Of a stretch of 64,000 nt of DNA, positions 62,853 through 64,000 are shown piece by piece (within the stretch, counting starts at the first letter, position 1; each line of letters begins with the position of its first letter). The translations under genes were made by a program, and so were the position numbers. Origin of the DNA: Escherichia coli (lineage in GTDB: Bacteria; Pseudomonadota; Gammaproteobacteria; Enterobacterales; Enterobacteriaceae). Below the pieces are notes generated by a model. It did not search any database, had not been told where the DNA came from, and saw nothing but the letters and a program-made list of their open reading frames with translations. The DNA lies in assembly GCF_001677475.2 (NCBI RefSeq), contig NZ_CP015229.1; one strand, 5' to 3'.

Positions 62853-64000
62853 TTGTTTCTCGCACAAGAAATTATTCGTAAAAAACGTGATGGTCATGCG
62901 CTGAGCGATGAAGAAATTCGTTTCTTTATCAACGGTATTCGCGACAACACTATCTCCGAAGGGCAGATTGCCGCCCTCGCGATGACCATTTTCTTCCACG
63001 ATATGACAATGCCTGAGCGTGTCTCGCTGACCATGGCGATGCGAGATTCAGGAACCGTTCTCGACTGGAAAAGCCTGCATCTGAATGGCCCGATTGTTGA
63101 TAAACACTCGACCGGCGGCGTCGGCGATGTGACTTCGCTGATGTTGGGGCCGATGGTCGCAGCCTGCGGCGGCTATATTCCGATGATCTCCGGTCGCGGC
63201 CTCGGTCATACTGGCGGTACGCTCGACAAACTGGAATCCATCCCTGGCTTCGACATTTTCCCGGATGACAACCGTTTCCGCGAAATTATTAAAGACGTCG
63301 GCGTGGCGATTATCGGCCAGACCAGCTCACTGGCTCCGGCGGATAAACGTTTCTACGCGACCCGTGATATTACCGCAACCGTGGACTCCATCCCGCTGAT
63401 CACTGCCTCGATCCTGGCGAAGAAACTGGCGGAAGGTCTGGATGCGTTGGTGATGGACGTGAAAGTAGGTAGTGGTGCATTTATGCCGACCTACGAACTC
63501 TCTGAAGCCCTTGCCGAAGCGATTGTTGGCGTAGCTAACGGCGCGGGCGTGCGCACCACCGCGCTGCTCACCGATATGAATCAGGTACTGGCCTCCAGTG
63601 CAGGTAACGCGGTTGAGGTTCGTGAAGCAGTGCAGTTCCTGACGGGAGAATATCGTAACCCGCGTCTGTTTGATGTCACGATGGCGCTGTGCGTTGAGAT
63701 GCTTATCTCCGGCAAACTGGCGAAAGATGACGCCGAAGCGCGCGCGAAATTGCAGGCGGTGCTGGACAACGGTAAAGCGGCAGAAGTCTTTGGTCGTATG
63801 GTAGCGGCACAAAAAGGCCCGACTGACTTCGTTGAGAACTACGCGAAGTATCTACCGACAGCGATGCTGACGAAAGCAGTCTATGCTGATACCGAAGGTT
63901 TTGTCAGTGAAATGGATACCCGTGCGCTGGGGATGGCAGTGGTTGCAATGGGCGGCGGACGCCGTCAGGCATCTGACACCATCGATTACAGCGTCGGCTT
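62853..64000 (+). CDS. deoA: Thymidine phosphorylase, 3'-truncated by window end
   Basis: TTG start; [29 protein letters not shown]...; runs off the window. Confidence 0.9.

Overview
Escherichia coli chromosome near the K-12 leuQ-rsmC-holD-rimI-yjjG // prfC-osmY-ytjA-yjjU-yjjV-yjjW-yjjI-deoC-deoA neighbourhood, interrupted by a ~51 kb lambdoid prophage (about 3184..54368) integrated into the 5' end of prfC. The prophage is a mosaic: P4-type integrase, KplE1/Rac-like early and immunity region, Qin-like lysis and cold-shock region, and a lambda-type packaging/head/tail module (cosN, Nu1 to I, parts near-identical to lambda by recall). Gene J is split by an IS21-family element. Two loci stand out as candidates for an undescribed function: an AT-rich 377-codon ORF between int and xis (4822..5955) with no motif I recognise, and a macro-domain ORF with a tail-fibre-like His-repeat C-terminus inserted and translationally coupled between stf and tfa (50443..51345). 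Gene identifications rest on recalled protein similarity and synteny, not database searches; starts that differ from the supplied ORF track were re-derived by hand and are approximate.
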